From assembly GCA_041497895.1 (NCBI GenBank), contig JBGQHJ010000001.1, positions 1 to 64,000 on the forward strand: DNA of 64,000 bases. The letters run 5' to 3'. The DNA comes from Candidatus Methylomirabilia bacterium (GTDB lineage: Bacteria; Methylomirabilota; Methylomirabilia; Rokubacteriales; CSP1-6). The notes under the pieces are model-generated. The model was given only the letters and a program-made list of their open reading frames with translations. It did no database searches and had not been told where the DNA came from. A program made the translations under genes and the position numbers. This document shows positions 1 through 8,824 of the stretch, piece by piece. Each line of letters starts with the position of its first letter. Positions within the stretch are counted from its first letter, which is position 1.

Positions 1-168
1 GGCGATCCCCCGAACGCGATCGACCCGCCGTCCGGGTGCCGGTTCCGCACCCGCTGCGCGTTCGCGATGCCCCGCTGCGCGGAGGTGCCGCCGCCGTGGG
101 TGCCGGTCGGCGCCACCCATGAGGTGGCGTGCTATCTCTACGTGGCCGAGCCGGCCCCCGTCGCCTGA
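1..168 (+). CDS. oligopeptide/dipeptide ABC transporter ATP-binding protein, C-terminal end (partial)
   Basis: Frame 1 reads [31 protein letters not shown]...HEVACYL*, the Cys-containing oligo_HPY C-terminal motif; TGA at 166-168. Confidence 0.85.
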   Translation, partial: GDPPNAIDPPSGCRFRTRCAFAMPRCAEVPPPWVPVGATHEVACYLYVAEPAPVA

Positions 169-237
169 GCGTCCCCCCAGGCGCTCCGAGCCCGCGGGCC
201 AGGAGTCGGTTCACGGTCTGGCTCGGCGGATCCGCCC

Positions 238-710
238 CTAGCACTTGACCGTCGGCCGGTACCACTCGAACCCGGCGAGCGGCTCGCCGGTCTCGAGCAT
301 GGTCTTCAGGCTCGAGAGCACGGCCGGCCAGCCGCGGGTGATGCCGCGCTCCATCTCGGAGCCGGGCTCGAGCCGGTCGTGGGTGACGGTCAGGCGCACG
401 GTACCGGAGAGGGGCTCGATGTCGAAGGTGACGCGCGAGTGGCGGGCCTCGTCGCCGGTGTCGGCGGGGTCGGCCCAGGTCAGGACGAGGCGCCGGGGCG
501 GGTCGATCTCGATGACCTTGCCCACGAGGACGACCACGTTGGAGCCGTCCCAGGCCCGCTGGTGGGTCCACGTCGATCCCTTCTTCCAGTCCGATACGTG
601 TTCCGGTGGCCCCAGTACTGCCGGGTGATCTCGCCGTCCAGGAGTGCCCTCCAGAGCTTCTCAGGCGTGGTGGCGATGTAGGTGACGTAGACGAATTGCG
701 GCTTGTCCAT
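238..710 (-). pseudogene. SRPBCC/AHSA1-like protein, frameshifted near 599-602
   Basis: N-half MDKPQFVYVTYIATTPEKLWRAL..YWGHRN and C-half VSDWKKGS..GKVIEIDPPRRLVLTW..GWPAVLSSLKTMLETG join if an extra AC in minus-strand AACACGTA is removed. Confidence 0.8.
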
Positions 711-1095
711 CTCGGCTCCCCCTCGATACGCGGTTGCGGCCCCGCGGCGCCTCGAGGCCTTTCTTGAGGTCGCTGAGCGCCTGCAGGCGGCGCCGCTCGT
801 ACTTGCCGATCCACCGCTCGTAGATCTCGTTGATCGGCACCGGATTGAGGTAGTGCAGCAGCTCGCGCCCGCGCCGGATCCGCACCACGAGGTTGGCCGC
901 CTCGAGCAGGGCGAGGTGCTTGGTCACCGCCTGTCGGGTCATGTCCAGGCCCTCGCCGAGCTGGCCCAGGTTCTGGCCGTTCTCGCGATGGAGCCGGTCG
1001 AGCAGCTCGCGACGGCTGGGATGCGCGAGCGCCTTGCGGGGGTAGCCTCGAGGGCGGAGCGGATCGTGAGCGCGAAGCCGGCGGCGCCGGCTCAC
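661..1095 (-). CDS. ArsR-family HTH regulator (5' end atypical, possibly truncated)
   Basis: KALAHPSRRELLDRL..MTRQAVTKHLALLEAANLV..HYLNPVPI is typical of ArsR proteins paired with SRPBCC. The usual M-x-x-VF start before KALA is absent. Confidence 0.75.
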   Translation of the reverse strand: MSRRRRLRAHDPLRPRGYPRKALAHPSRRELLDRLHRENGQNLGQLGEGLDMTRQAVTKHLALLEAANLVVRIRRGRELLHYLNPVPINEIYERWIGKYERRRLQALSDLKKGLEAPRGRNRVSRGSRDGQAAIRLRHLHRHHA

Positions 1096-1167
1096 CCGGA
1101 TGCTACGCGGGCGGGGCGCCGCCGGAAGAGCTACGCTCGAGCGAGGGGCGCGGTCTTCGGCCGCGAG

Positions 1168-1599
1168 CTACGCGCTGAAGCCCGAGGTCCCGACCCAGCC
1201 GGTCTCGGACACGTCGACCATGACCCCGTCGGGGCCGCTGTACTTGACCTCGACGTTGCCGTGGCGCTCGTGGCCGTATCCCACGCCGAGGGCCTCGTTG
1301 ACGTCGTGGCGCGGCTCGGAGCCGACGGCGGCGAGCTTCTCCGCGATCGCCTCGAGGCTCTCCACCTGGAAGCCGATGTGGTGGATGCCGCTCCAGTCCT
1401 TGCCACGCTCGACCCCGGCCACCGCGTCGTTCTTGAAGTTGAGGATCGCCAGGTTCAGGTCTCCGTCGCTCAGGTAGTACCCCCGGGCGTTGGGACTGTC
1501 GATGCGGGCGATCTCCTTCATCCCGAACACGTTGACGTAGAAGGCGGCGGTCTTGTCGACGTCCTGGGTCGAGAGCGCGATGTGCTTGATCTTGGCCAT
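1168..1599 (-). CDS. VOC/glyoxalase family protein
   Basis: MAKIKHIALSTQDVDKTAAFY..GIHHIGFQV..GPDGVMVDVSE; GAGGAG RBS upstream. Confidence 0.85.
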   Translation of the reverse strand: MAKIKHIALSTQDVDKTAAFYVNVFGMKEIARIDSPNARGYYLSDGDLNLAILNFKNDAVAGVERGKDWSGIHHIGFQVESLEAIAEKLAAVGSEPRHDVNEALGVGYGHERHGNVEVKYSGPDGVMVDVSETGWVGTSGFSA

Positions 1600-1683
1600 G
1601 GGTCCCTCCTCGTGTGGCGGATGATAGCACGGCGCGGTACTGTATCCCCCGCGGTCTGACGCCACCCCGGAGGAGGGTACGCC

Positions 1684-2241
1684 ATGTCCCACAAGGGCTT
1701 CTCGCACGTCGGTCTCTCCACCCTGGACCTCGACCGGACCCGGGACTTCTACGAGAACGTCCTCGGCTTCAAGGCGGTCCGCTGCGACGTCATCCGGATC
1801 AAGGAAGGCGGGCAGATCCGCCACGTCTTCTTCGACACCGGGCGCGACCAGCTCATCGCCTTCATGGAGGCGCGGGGGGTGCCGGGGGTGCCGGCCGCCT
1901 ACGACGCGGGGATCAACCGCGGCCTCGGGGTGCCGAGCGTGTTCTATCACTTCGCGTTCGAGGCCGGCTCCGAGGCGGCGCTCGAGGACAAGCGTCACGA
2001 GCTGCTCGCCAAGGGCGTCGACGTCACCGAGGTGGTCGACCACGACTGGGCCAAGTCCATCTACTTCAAGGACCCGAACGGGCTGCAGCTCGAGTTCTGT
2101 TGCTTCACCCGCAACCTGGACGCGAGCGACGCCCGCATGCAGGACCGCGCGGAGATCTCGGTGCGCCGGCTGGGGCTCGAGGATCCGGAGGCCCTGCGGC
2201 GGGGCGAGCCGGCCGGGGCGGTCGCGGCCCGCCCCCGCTGA
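1684..2241 (+). CDS. VOC/glyoxalase family protein
   Basis: FSHVGLSTLDLDRTRDFY..YHFAF..SIYFKDPNGLQLEF; GGAGG RBS. Confidence 0.85.
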   Translation: MSHKGFSHVGLSTLDLDRTRDFYENVLGFKAVRCDVIRIKEGGQIRHVFFDTGRDQLIAFMEARGVPGVPAAYDAGINRGLGVPSVFYHFAFEAGSEAALEDKRHELLAKGVDVTEVVDHDWAKSIYFKDPNGLQLEFCCFTRNLDASDARMQDRAEISVRRLGLEDPEALRRGEPAGAVAARPR

Positions 2242-2249
2242 TCGTCGGA

Positions 2250-2951
2250 TCAGGGCACCGGGTCGCGGCCCGCGGCCGGCGGGCCGCTCCACAGCGCGTC
2301 GTCGGCCGCGACGCGGGCCTGCGCGTCGGCCTCGCGGAGGGCCCGCACCACCTCGCGGGCCATGGTCTCGTACCACGCGGCGACGTCGGCCGGGTAGTCG
2401 GCGTGGCTCTCGAGATCCGCGAGGATCGGCCCCTCCACGGTGGGGATGTCGTGCTCCCCGTCGAACTGCCGCGCGTACGGCCGCCCCTTCGCTCCGGCGG
2501 TCGCCGCGTCGATCGTCGCGTCGAGCTTCAGCCACTTGCCGTCGAGGTAGGCCTCCCCGAGGGAGTGGCGGGGTAGCGTCCGGTCGCCCCAGAGGCGGCG
2601 GACCTCCTCGGACATGAACGGCTTGTCCGGACAGTGGAGCTGCTGGAAGCCGATGCGGGCCGGGACGCCGGCGGCCCGGCACAGCGCCACGAAGGAGCTC
2701 GCCTTGCCCATGCAGAACGCGTGGCCGGCCCGGAGCACGTCGCTCGCGCGGTTCTTGCCCTCGGCGAGATCGCGGAACGAGGCGAGGATGTCGTAGGGCA
2801 TGTCGCGCACGAAGTAGTAGATGCGCTCGACCTTCTCCCGCTCGCCGGTACAGCCCTCGGTGAGGCGGCGGGCCTGGGCGATGACGTCGGCGTGATCCGA
2901 GTCGATGAACCGGGTGGGCTGGAGATAGGGGCCACGCTCGTCGGGCTTCAT
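2250..2951 (-). CDS. transglutaminase-like (Cys-His-Asp) protein
   Basis: YLQPTRFIDSDH..FCMGKASSFVALCRAAGVPARIG..HSLGEAYLDGKWLKLDAT; start overlaps the LLM stop (ATGA). Confidence 0.85.
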   Translation of the reverse strand: MKPDERGPYLQPTRFIDSDHADVIAQARRLTEGCTGEREKVERIYYFVRDMPYDILASFRDLAEGKNRASDVLRAGHAFCMGKASSFVALCRAAGVPARIGFQQLHCPDKPFMSEEVRRLWGDRTLPRHSLGEAYLDGKWLKLDATIDAATAGAKGRPYARQFDGEHDIPTVEGPILADLESHADYPADVAAWYETMAREVVRALREADAQARVAADDALWSGPPAAGRDPVP

Positions 2952-3967
2952 CGGGTCTCCTCCGCGAGCTCCCGGCGCAGGGCCGGGAGCACCTCGCGCC
3001 CGGCCAGCTCGAGTCCCGCGCTCGAGGCGACGTCGGGGATCGTGAACAGGAAGTGGCGCACCCCGTGCTCGACGTATCGGCGGATGCGGGCCACGCATTG
3101 CTCGGGGGTCCCGGCCACGTGTCCCTCGGCGGGGATCCCGGCGAAGCGCTCGCGAATGGCGGCGGCCCGTCCGGCCTCGCGATCCGTGACGAGAAGCGCG
3201 GTGACCGAGCGCGCGAGGGCGCGCGGATCGCGGCCGAACTCCCGGCACGCCGCGTCGAGATAGCCGGCCCGCGCCGCGATCCGCTCCGGCCCCCACCAGC
3301 GCACGTTGACGCCGTCGGCCGCGCGCGCGGCGAGGCGGTGGACGCGATCGCCCTCCCCGCCGATCCAGATCGGCGGGTGCGGCCGCTGGAGCGGCGGCGG
3401 GTCGCACACCGCGCCGTCGATGGCGTAGTGCCGGCCGTGGAACGCGGGCCGCGGCTCCGTCCACATGCGCCGGATGATCTCGACCCCCTCGCCGAGCTGG
3501 TCGATCCGCTCGCCGATGCGCGGGAAGGGGATGCCGTACGCGCGGTACTCCTGCTCGAACCAGCCCGCGCCCAGGCCGAGGTCGAGTCGCCCCCCGCTGA
3601 TCACGTCGAGGGTGGCGGCCATCTTGGCGAGCACCGCGGGCGAGCGGTACGAATGGCAGAGCACGCTGGTGCCGAGGCGGAGGCGGCGCGTGTCGCGCGC
3701 GAGCGCCGAGAGCGTGGTCCAGCACTCGAGCAGGGGCATCGACCGCGGCTCCTCCGCGCGGGGCCCGGGGCCGGCGCCCGCCGCGATCCCGGCGTCGCCG
3801 GCGTAGGCGTCGGGCGCGAGGGTGAGGAAGTGATCGCAGAGCCAGATCGAGTCGAAGCCGAGCTCCTCCGCCTGCGACGCCACGCGGCGCATGGTCTCGT
3901 ACGACGTCACCGCGAGGCCCCGGATGGTGAGGGCGAGGATGAGGCCGAAGTGCAGGGTCGTGGACAA
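2948..3967 (-). CDS. LLM-class (luciferase-like) flavin/F420-dependent oxidoreductase
   Basis: AEELGFDSIWLCDHF..LAKMAATLDVISGGRLDLGLGAGW..PPIWIGGEG; TTG start at 3967, 7 nt after GAGGAG. Confidence 0.85.
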   Translation of the reverse strand: MSTTLHFGLILALTIRGLAVTSYETMRRVASQAEELGFDSIWLCDHFLTLAPDAYAGDAGIAAGAGPGPRAEEPRSMPLLECWTTLSALARDTRRLRLGTSVLCHSYRSPAVLAKMAATLDVISGGRLDLGLGAGWFEQEYRAYGIPFPRIGERIDQLGEGVEIIRRMWTEPRPAFHGRHYAIDGAVCDPPPLQRPHPPIWIGGEGDRVHRLAARAADGVNVRWWGPERIAARAGYLDAACREFGRDPRALARSVTALLVTDREAGRAAAIRERFAGIPAEGHVAGTPEQCVARIRRYVEHGVRHFLFTIPDVASSAGLELAGREVLPALRRELAEETR

Positions 3968-4093
3968 GGCCGATCTCCTCGCGGAGCCTACCACAGGCGC
4001 GCCGGGCTCCGGGAGTGGACGCCGCCGGCCCGCGCGTGATATAAGCGGTCGGCGTCAGCGGGACATCTCGCACCTCACAGCGGAGGGACCACG

Positions 4094-5353
4094 ATGAGTC
4101 CGACCACACGGCGAACGCTTCTCAAGACCCTCGCGGGAGCCGGCGCGGCCACCGCGATCTCCGGATTCCCCTTCGTCAACCGTCTCGCCCTCGGCCAGCA
4201 GGCGATCAAGCTCGGGGTGGTGGTGCCGATGACGGGGCCGATGGCGCTCGAGGCGCAGGAGATGCTCGCGGCCACCCAGATCGCGGTCGAGGACGTCAAC
4301 GCGGCGGGCGGCGTGATGGGCCGGAAGGTCGAGACGGTCATTCGCGACTCCGAGTTCAAGCCGGAGGTGGCGAAGCGCAAGGCGACCGAGCTGATCGAGG
4401 TGGAGAAGGCGCCGTTCCTGGTCGGGGCCATCGTCGGCTTCGAGGGCATCGCGATGGCGGAGGTCGGCTGCAAGAACGACGTCATCGTGAGCTTCTTCGG
4501 CCAGAACTTCCTGACCATCAAGGGCAAGATGTGCAAGTACCAGTTCGGCAACAACCTCACGCCCTACCAGACCGCCGCCGCCGCCGCGCACTTCGTGGAC
4601 GCGCAGAAGATGGGCAAGCGGTGGCACATGCTGGCCAACAACTACTCGTGGCCCCAGATGTTCGAGCGGGCCTACTCGCTGGTGGCCAAGCAGGTGGGCG
4701 CCGACTGGACCGGGGTGACGTGGGCCCCGCTCGGCACCCGCGACTTCCTGCCCTTCCTGCCCAAGGTGGCGGCGGCCAAGGCCGACGTGGTCTTCATCAC
4801 CACCTGGGCCGCCGACCAGGTGGCGTGCGCCAAGCAGGTGCAGGAGTTCGGGCTGGCGAAGCAGGCGCGGGTCATCCACTCCATCACCGAGCTCACCTTC
4901 GCGGAGGCGGCCGGCGCGGGCGTCTACGAGAACTTCTACTCGGGCATGCCGTGGTACTGGCACCTCAAGGACAAGTTCCCGGCGGCCAAGCGCTACTACG
5001 ACCGGCACATGGCGCTCCGGAAGCGCGCCCCCTCCGGCTACACCGCGTCCACCTATTCCACGGTGCGCCTGCTGCTCGAGACCGCGAACGAGGTCAAGTC
5101 GCTCGAGACCGACAAGGTCACCCGCGCGCTCGAGGGCCGGAAGTTCCAGCACCTCAAGGGCCCCGAGCAGATCCGCGCCTGCGACCACGTGAACATCCAA
5201 GAGGTCTACCTCTGCAAGGGCAAGCCGGCTGGCGCGATGAAGGACGCGTGGGACTTCTTCGACATCGTGCAGAGCGTGGGCGGCGAGACGACCTCCGAGT
5301 CGTGCGACGGCGAAGGCTTCGACCCCAAGAAGCCGCTGAGTCAGCAGATCTGA
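4094..5353 (+). CDS. branched-chain amino acid-type ABC transporter substrate-binding protein, Tat signal
   Basis: TRRTLLK Tat motif; IKLGVVVPMTG..VNAAGGVMGRKVE; first gene of a liv-like operon. Confidence 0.85.
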   Translation: MSPTTRRTLLKTLAGAGAATAISGFPFVNRLALGQQAIKLGVVVPMTGPMALEAQEMLAATQIAVEDVNAAGGVMGRKVETVIRDSEFKPEVAKRKATELIEVEKAPFLVGAIVGFEGIAMAEVGCKNDVIVSFFGQNFLTIKGKMCKYQFGNNLTPYQTAAAAAHFVDAQKMGKRWHMLANNYSWPQMFERAYSLVAKQVGADWTGVTWAPLGTRDFLPFLPKVAAAKADVVFITTWAADQVACAKQVQEFGLAKQARVIHSITELTFAEAAGAGVYENFYSGMPWYWHLKDKFPAAKRYYDRHMALRKRAPSGYTASTYSTVRLLLETANEVKSLETDKVTRALEGRKFQHLKGPEQIRACDHVNIQEVYLCKGKPAGAMKDAWDFFDIVQSVGGETTSESCDGEGFDPKKPLSQQI

Positions 5354-5366
5354 AGGCCCAGCGGAT

Positions 5367-6269
5367 CTGACGCTCTTCGGGTTTCCGCTCGAGATCTGGT
5401 ACACGCAGCTCTTCATCGGGCTGGTGAACGGCTGCATCCTGATCCTGGTCGCGCTCGGCCTGTCGATCGTGTTCGGGCTCATGGGCATCATCAACTTCGC
5501 CCATGGGGTCTTCTACATGCTGGGGGCATACGCGGGCTGGCTGACCATCCAGCTCACCGGGAGCTTCTGGCTCGCGCTGCTGACCGCGCCGGCGGCGGTC
5601 GGCCTCGTCGGGGTCCTCGTCGAGCGCGGGGTCCTCAAGCGCATCTACGGGACCCGGAACGCGAACTTCGCGGGGGTGCTGGTGACCTACGGGCTCGCCA
5701 TCATGATCCCGGACCTGGTGCGGATGACCTTCGGCCGGCCGGGCAAGCCGTTCGCGGTGCCCGCGGCGCTGACCGGCTCGCTGTTCCGGCTCGGGGCCAT
5801 CGACGTGCACGCCTACCGGGTGTTCATCCTGGTCGTGACCGCGGTGCTGATGCCGCTGCTGTGGCTCCTGCTCAACCGGACGAACCTGGGCCTCGTGATC
5901 CGGGCCGGCACCAGCGACAACCTCATGGTGCAGCTCCTCGGCATCAACGTGGCCCGCACCTGGACGATCACCTACGCGCTCGGCGCGGCGCTCGCCGCCT
6001 TCGCGGGCGTGATCACCGCCCCGCTGGTGGCGGTGGCCCCGGAGATGGGCGGCCTCGTGCTCATCGAGTGCTTCATCGTCACGGTGGTGGGAGGCATGGG
6101 CACCTTCCTCGGCGTGGTGGCGGGCGGGCTCCTGATCGGGGAGACCCTGGCGCTCACCGGCATGGTCTACGACGTCCTGGCCGACGTCGTCATCTACCTC
6201 GCGATGGCCCTGGTGCTGCTCGTGCGGCCGCGGGGACTCTTCGGTCAGGAGGGGATGTCCGAGGAGTGA
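5367..6269 (+). CDS. livH: branched-chain amino acid ABC permease (LivH-like); probable CTG start
   Basis: LGLSIVFGLMGIINFAHG motif. The frame extends upstream of GTG 5424 to CTG 5367, giving (M)TLFGFPLEIWYTQLFIGLVNG. Confidence 0.85.
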   Translation: MTLFGFPLEIWYTQLFIGLVNGCILILVALGLSIVFGLMGIINFAHGVFYMLGAYAGWLTIQLTGSFWLALLTAPAAVGLVGVLVERGVLKRIYGTRNANFAGVLVTYGLAIMIPDLVRMTFGRPGKPFAVPAALTGSLFRLGAIDVHAYRVFILVVTAVLMPLLWLLLNRTNLGLVIRAGTSDNLMVQLLGINVARTWTITYALGAALAAFAGVITAPLVAVAPEMGGLVLIECFIVTVVGGMGTFLGVVAGGLLIGETLALTGMVYDVLADVVIYLAMALVLLVRPRGLFGQEGMSEE

Positions 6270-8017
6270 GAGGCCTTCTCCTCGCCGCCGCGGTGCTGGC
6301 CACCGCGCCGCTGTACGCGGACTACACCCCGTTCTACCTCGGCCTGCTCACCGAGGTCCTGGTGTTCGGACTCTTCGCGCTGGCCTACGACGTGCTCCTC
6401 GGCCACGCGGGCGTGCTCTCGCTCGGCCACTCCGCCTTCCTCGGGGTGGCCGCCTACGTCACCGGTATCCTGCTGGCCCGCTACCGTCTCCCGATCGAGC
6501 TCAGCATCATCGCGGGGGCGATCGGTGGCCTCCTCACGTCGGTGATCCTCGGTCTCCTGGTCCTGCGAAAGCGTGGCGTGTATCTCGCAATGCTCACGCT
6601 CGCGCTGTCGCAGGTCTTCTACTACGTCGTGCTCATGTGGACGCCGGTCACCGGCGGCACCGACGGGCTCGGCAACCTGCCGATCCTCTACCTGAGCGAG
6701 CCGCTGGGCTGGCGGCTCTCCAAGCGGCCGGTTACCCGCTACTACGTGGTGGCGGCCGCGATCTTCCTCGCGATGCTGGCGATCCGCCACCTCCTGCGCT
6801 CGCCCCTCGGGCGCGTGATGCGCGCGGTCAAGGCCAACGAGACGCGCGCGGCCGCGTGCGGCTTCGACACCCGCCGGGTGAGGCTCGCCGCCTTCGCGAT
6901 CTCGGGCCTCTTCTCGGGGCTGGCCGGCGCGCTCCTGACCGTCGTGCTGGAGTTCGTGCCGATCGAGAACATCCACTGGCAGATGTCGGGCACCGTCCTG
7001 ATCATGGCCCTGTTCGGCGGGACCGGCACCCTGCTCGGCCCGTTCGTGGGCGCCGGGGTCTTCATCTGGATGCGCGACTTCCTGAGCAAGCACCTCGAGT
7101 ACTGGGAGGTCTTCGTCGGGGGCGCCTTCGTGCTGATCGTGCTGTTCCTGCCCGACGGCATCGCGGGCACGCTCGTCCGGCGGATCGCTCGTCGCCGTCC
7201 CGCGCCGGCCGACGCGACCGAGGACCGGCCGCCGGAGCCCGAGCGGCTGGTGAAGGCGGGCGCCCGCGCGGGCGCCGACGACGGGCGACTGCTCGAGAGC
7301 CGGGGGCTCAGCAAGACTTTCGGAGGCCTCACCGCGGTCAACCGGGTCGATTTCCAGGTGCGGGCCGGCGAGCTGCGCTCGGTCATCGGCCCCAACGGGG
7401 CGGGCAAGACCACGTTCTTCAACCTGCTGACCGGGGTGCTGCCCCCATCGGCCGGGCGCATCCTGTTCAAGGGCCGGGACATCACCGGCCTGCCCGCCCA
7501 CGCGGTCTCCCGGCTCGGCATCGCGCGCTCCTACCAGGTGACCAACATCTTCGGCGACCTCACGGTGTTCGAGAACGTCCGCATCGCGGCCCAGTCCCGC
7601 GTCACCCACTACCGGTTCTGGGGCAACGCGGACTCGCTGGCCGCGGTCAACGCGCGGGCCGAGGAGATCCTCCGCCACCTCGGGCTCGCGCCCAAGCGGC
7701 ACGCGCGGGCCAGCGAGCTCTCCCACGGCGAGCAGCGCTACCTGGAGATCGGCATCGCGCTCGCCACCGACCCCGACTTCCTCCTGCTCGACGAGCCCAC
7801 CGCGGGCATGAGCCCCGACGAGACGCAGCGCACCGCCGCGTTCGTGCGCCGGCTGGCCGGCCACGTGACCATCGTGGTGGTGGAGCACGACATGGAGGTC
7901 GTGATGGGGATCTCCGACCGCATCACCGTGCTCAACTACGGCGAGATCCTCGCCGAGGGCAGCCCGGCCGAGATCCGCGAGAACGTGGACGTGCGCCGCG
8001 TGTACCTGAGGGACTGA
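6266..8017 (+). CDS. fused ABC permease/ATP-binding protein (LivM-LivG)
   Basis: LLGHAGVLSLGHSAF, TGGTDG permease half followed by GPNGAGKTT and LLLDEPTAG; GTG overlaps the livH stop. Confidence 0.9.
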   Translation: MRGLLLAAAVLATAPLYADYTPFYLGLLTEVLVFGLFALAYDVLLGHAGVLSLGHSAFLGVAAYVTGILLARYRLPIELSIIAGAIGGLLTSVILGLLVLRKRGVYLAMLTLALSQVFYYVVLMWTPVTGGTDGLGNLPILYLSEPLGWRLSKRPVTRYYVVAAAIFLAMLAIRHLLRSPLGRVMRAVKANETRAAACGFDTRRVRLAAFAISGLFSGLAGALLTVVLEFVPIENIHWQMSGTVLIMALFGGTGTLLGPFVGAGVFIWMRDFLSKHLEYWEVFVGGAFVLIVLFLPDGIAGTLVRRIARRRPAPADATEDRPPEPERLVKAGARAGADDGRLLESRGLSKTFGGLTAVNRVDFQVRAGELRSVIGPNGAGKTTFFNLLTGVLPPSAGRILFKGRDITGLPAHAVSRLGIARSYQVTNIFGDLTVFENVRIAAQSRVTHYRFWGNADSLAAVNARAEEILRHLGLAPKRHARASELSHGEQRYLEIGIALATDPDFLLLDEPTAGMSPDETQRTAAFVRRLAGHVTIVVVEHDMEVVMGISDRITVLNYGEILAEGSPAEIRENVDVRRVYLRD

Positions 8018-8024
8018 GCCGGCC

Positions 8025-8729
8025 ATGCTCCGGGTCGAGGGCGTCGACGCCTACTACGGCCTGAGCCACGTGCTCCAGGGCGTGTCGCTCACCGTCGGGC
8101 CGGGCGAGGCGGTCGCGCTGCTCGGGCGCAACGGAGCGGGCAAGACCACCACGCTCAAGACGATCATGGCGGTGGTGCGCGCGCGGCGGGGCCGCATCAC
8201 GTGGAACGGCGACGACATCACCGGCGTGCCCCCGCACCGGATCGTGCAGGCGGGCATCGGGTACGTGCCGGAGGAGCGGCGGATCTTCCCCAACCTGAGC
8301 GTCTACGAGAACCTCAAGATGGCCCGCCTCACCACCGATCGCGGCCGGCGCATGGACGAGTACGTCGCGCGGGTGCTCGAGCTCTTCCCGCCGCTCGCCG
8401 ACCGGCTCTCCAACAAGGGCAAGAACCTCAGCGGGGGCGAGCAGCAGATGCTCACGATGGCGCGGAGCCTCGGCACCAGCCCGAAGCTCCTGCTCATCGA
8501 CGAGCCCACCGAGGGGCTCATGCCCGCCTTCGTGGAGACCATCGGGCGCACCATCACCGAGATCCAGCGCCAGGGGGTCGCGGTGCTGCTGGTGGAGCAG
8601 AACACGCGGCTCGCGCTCGAGGCCACCTCGCGCGTGTACGTGATCGAGAAGGGGACGATCAAGCACGAGGCGCGGTCGCGCGACCTGGCCGGCGACGCGG
8701 AGGCGCGGCGGCGGTACCTCGGAGTCTAG
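8025..8729 (+). CDS. livF: ABC ATP-binding protein (LivF-like)
   Basis: GRNGAGKTT, LSGGEQQML, DEPTEGL, LLVEQN. Confidence 0.9.
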   Translation: MLRVEGVDAYYGLSHVLQGVSLTVGPGEAVALLGRNGAGKTTTLKTIMAVVRARRGRITWNGDDITGVPPHRIVQAGIGYVPEERRIFPNLSVYENLKMARLTTDRGRRMDEYVARVLELFPPLADRLSNKGKNLSGGEQQMLTMARSLGTSPKLLLIDEPTEGLMPAFVETIGRTITEIQRQGVAVLLVEQNTRLALEATSRVYVIEKGTIKHEARSRDLAGDAEARRRYLGV

Positions 8730-8740
8730 GCGCGGGACCG

Positions 8741-8804
8741 CCCTCACCCTGCGGCCCCTCACCCTGCGGCCCCTCACCCTGCCCTCTCCCCGGAGGGGAG
8801 AGGG
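8741..8804. repeat. REP-like element: 15-nt tandem unit CCCTCACCCTGCGGC (x2.8) plus hairpin CCCTCTCCCC-GGA-GGGGAGAGGG
   Basis: Read directly; lies between convergent genes; an inverted copy is at 51000-51049. Confidence 0.8.
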
Positions 8805-8824
8805 AGATGAGGTGGAGAGGCCCT

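Noticed and set aside
2250..4109. 619-aa ORF suggesting a long transglutaminase fusion
   Set aside because: The N-terminal part is an alternate frame of the LLM gene; the real start is ATG 2951.
8741..8804. CRISPR array
   Set aside because: The units are contiguous 15-mers without spacers, and no cas genes are present.
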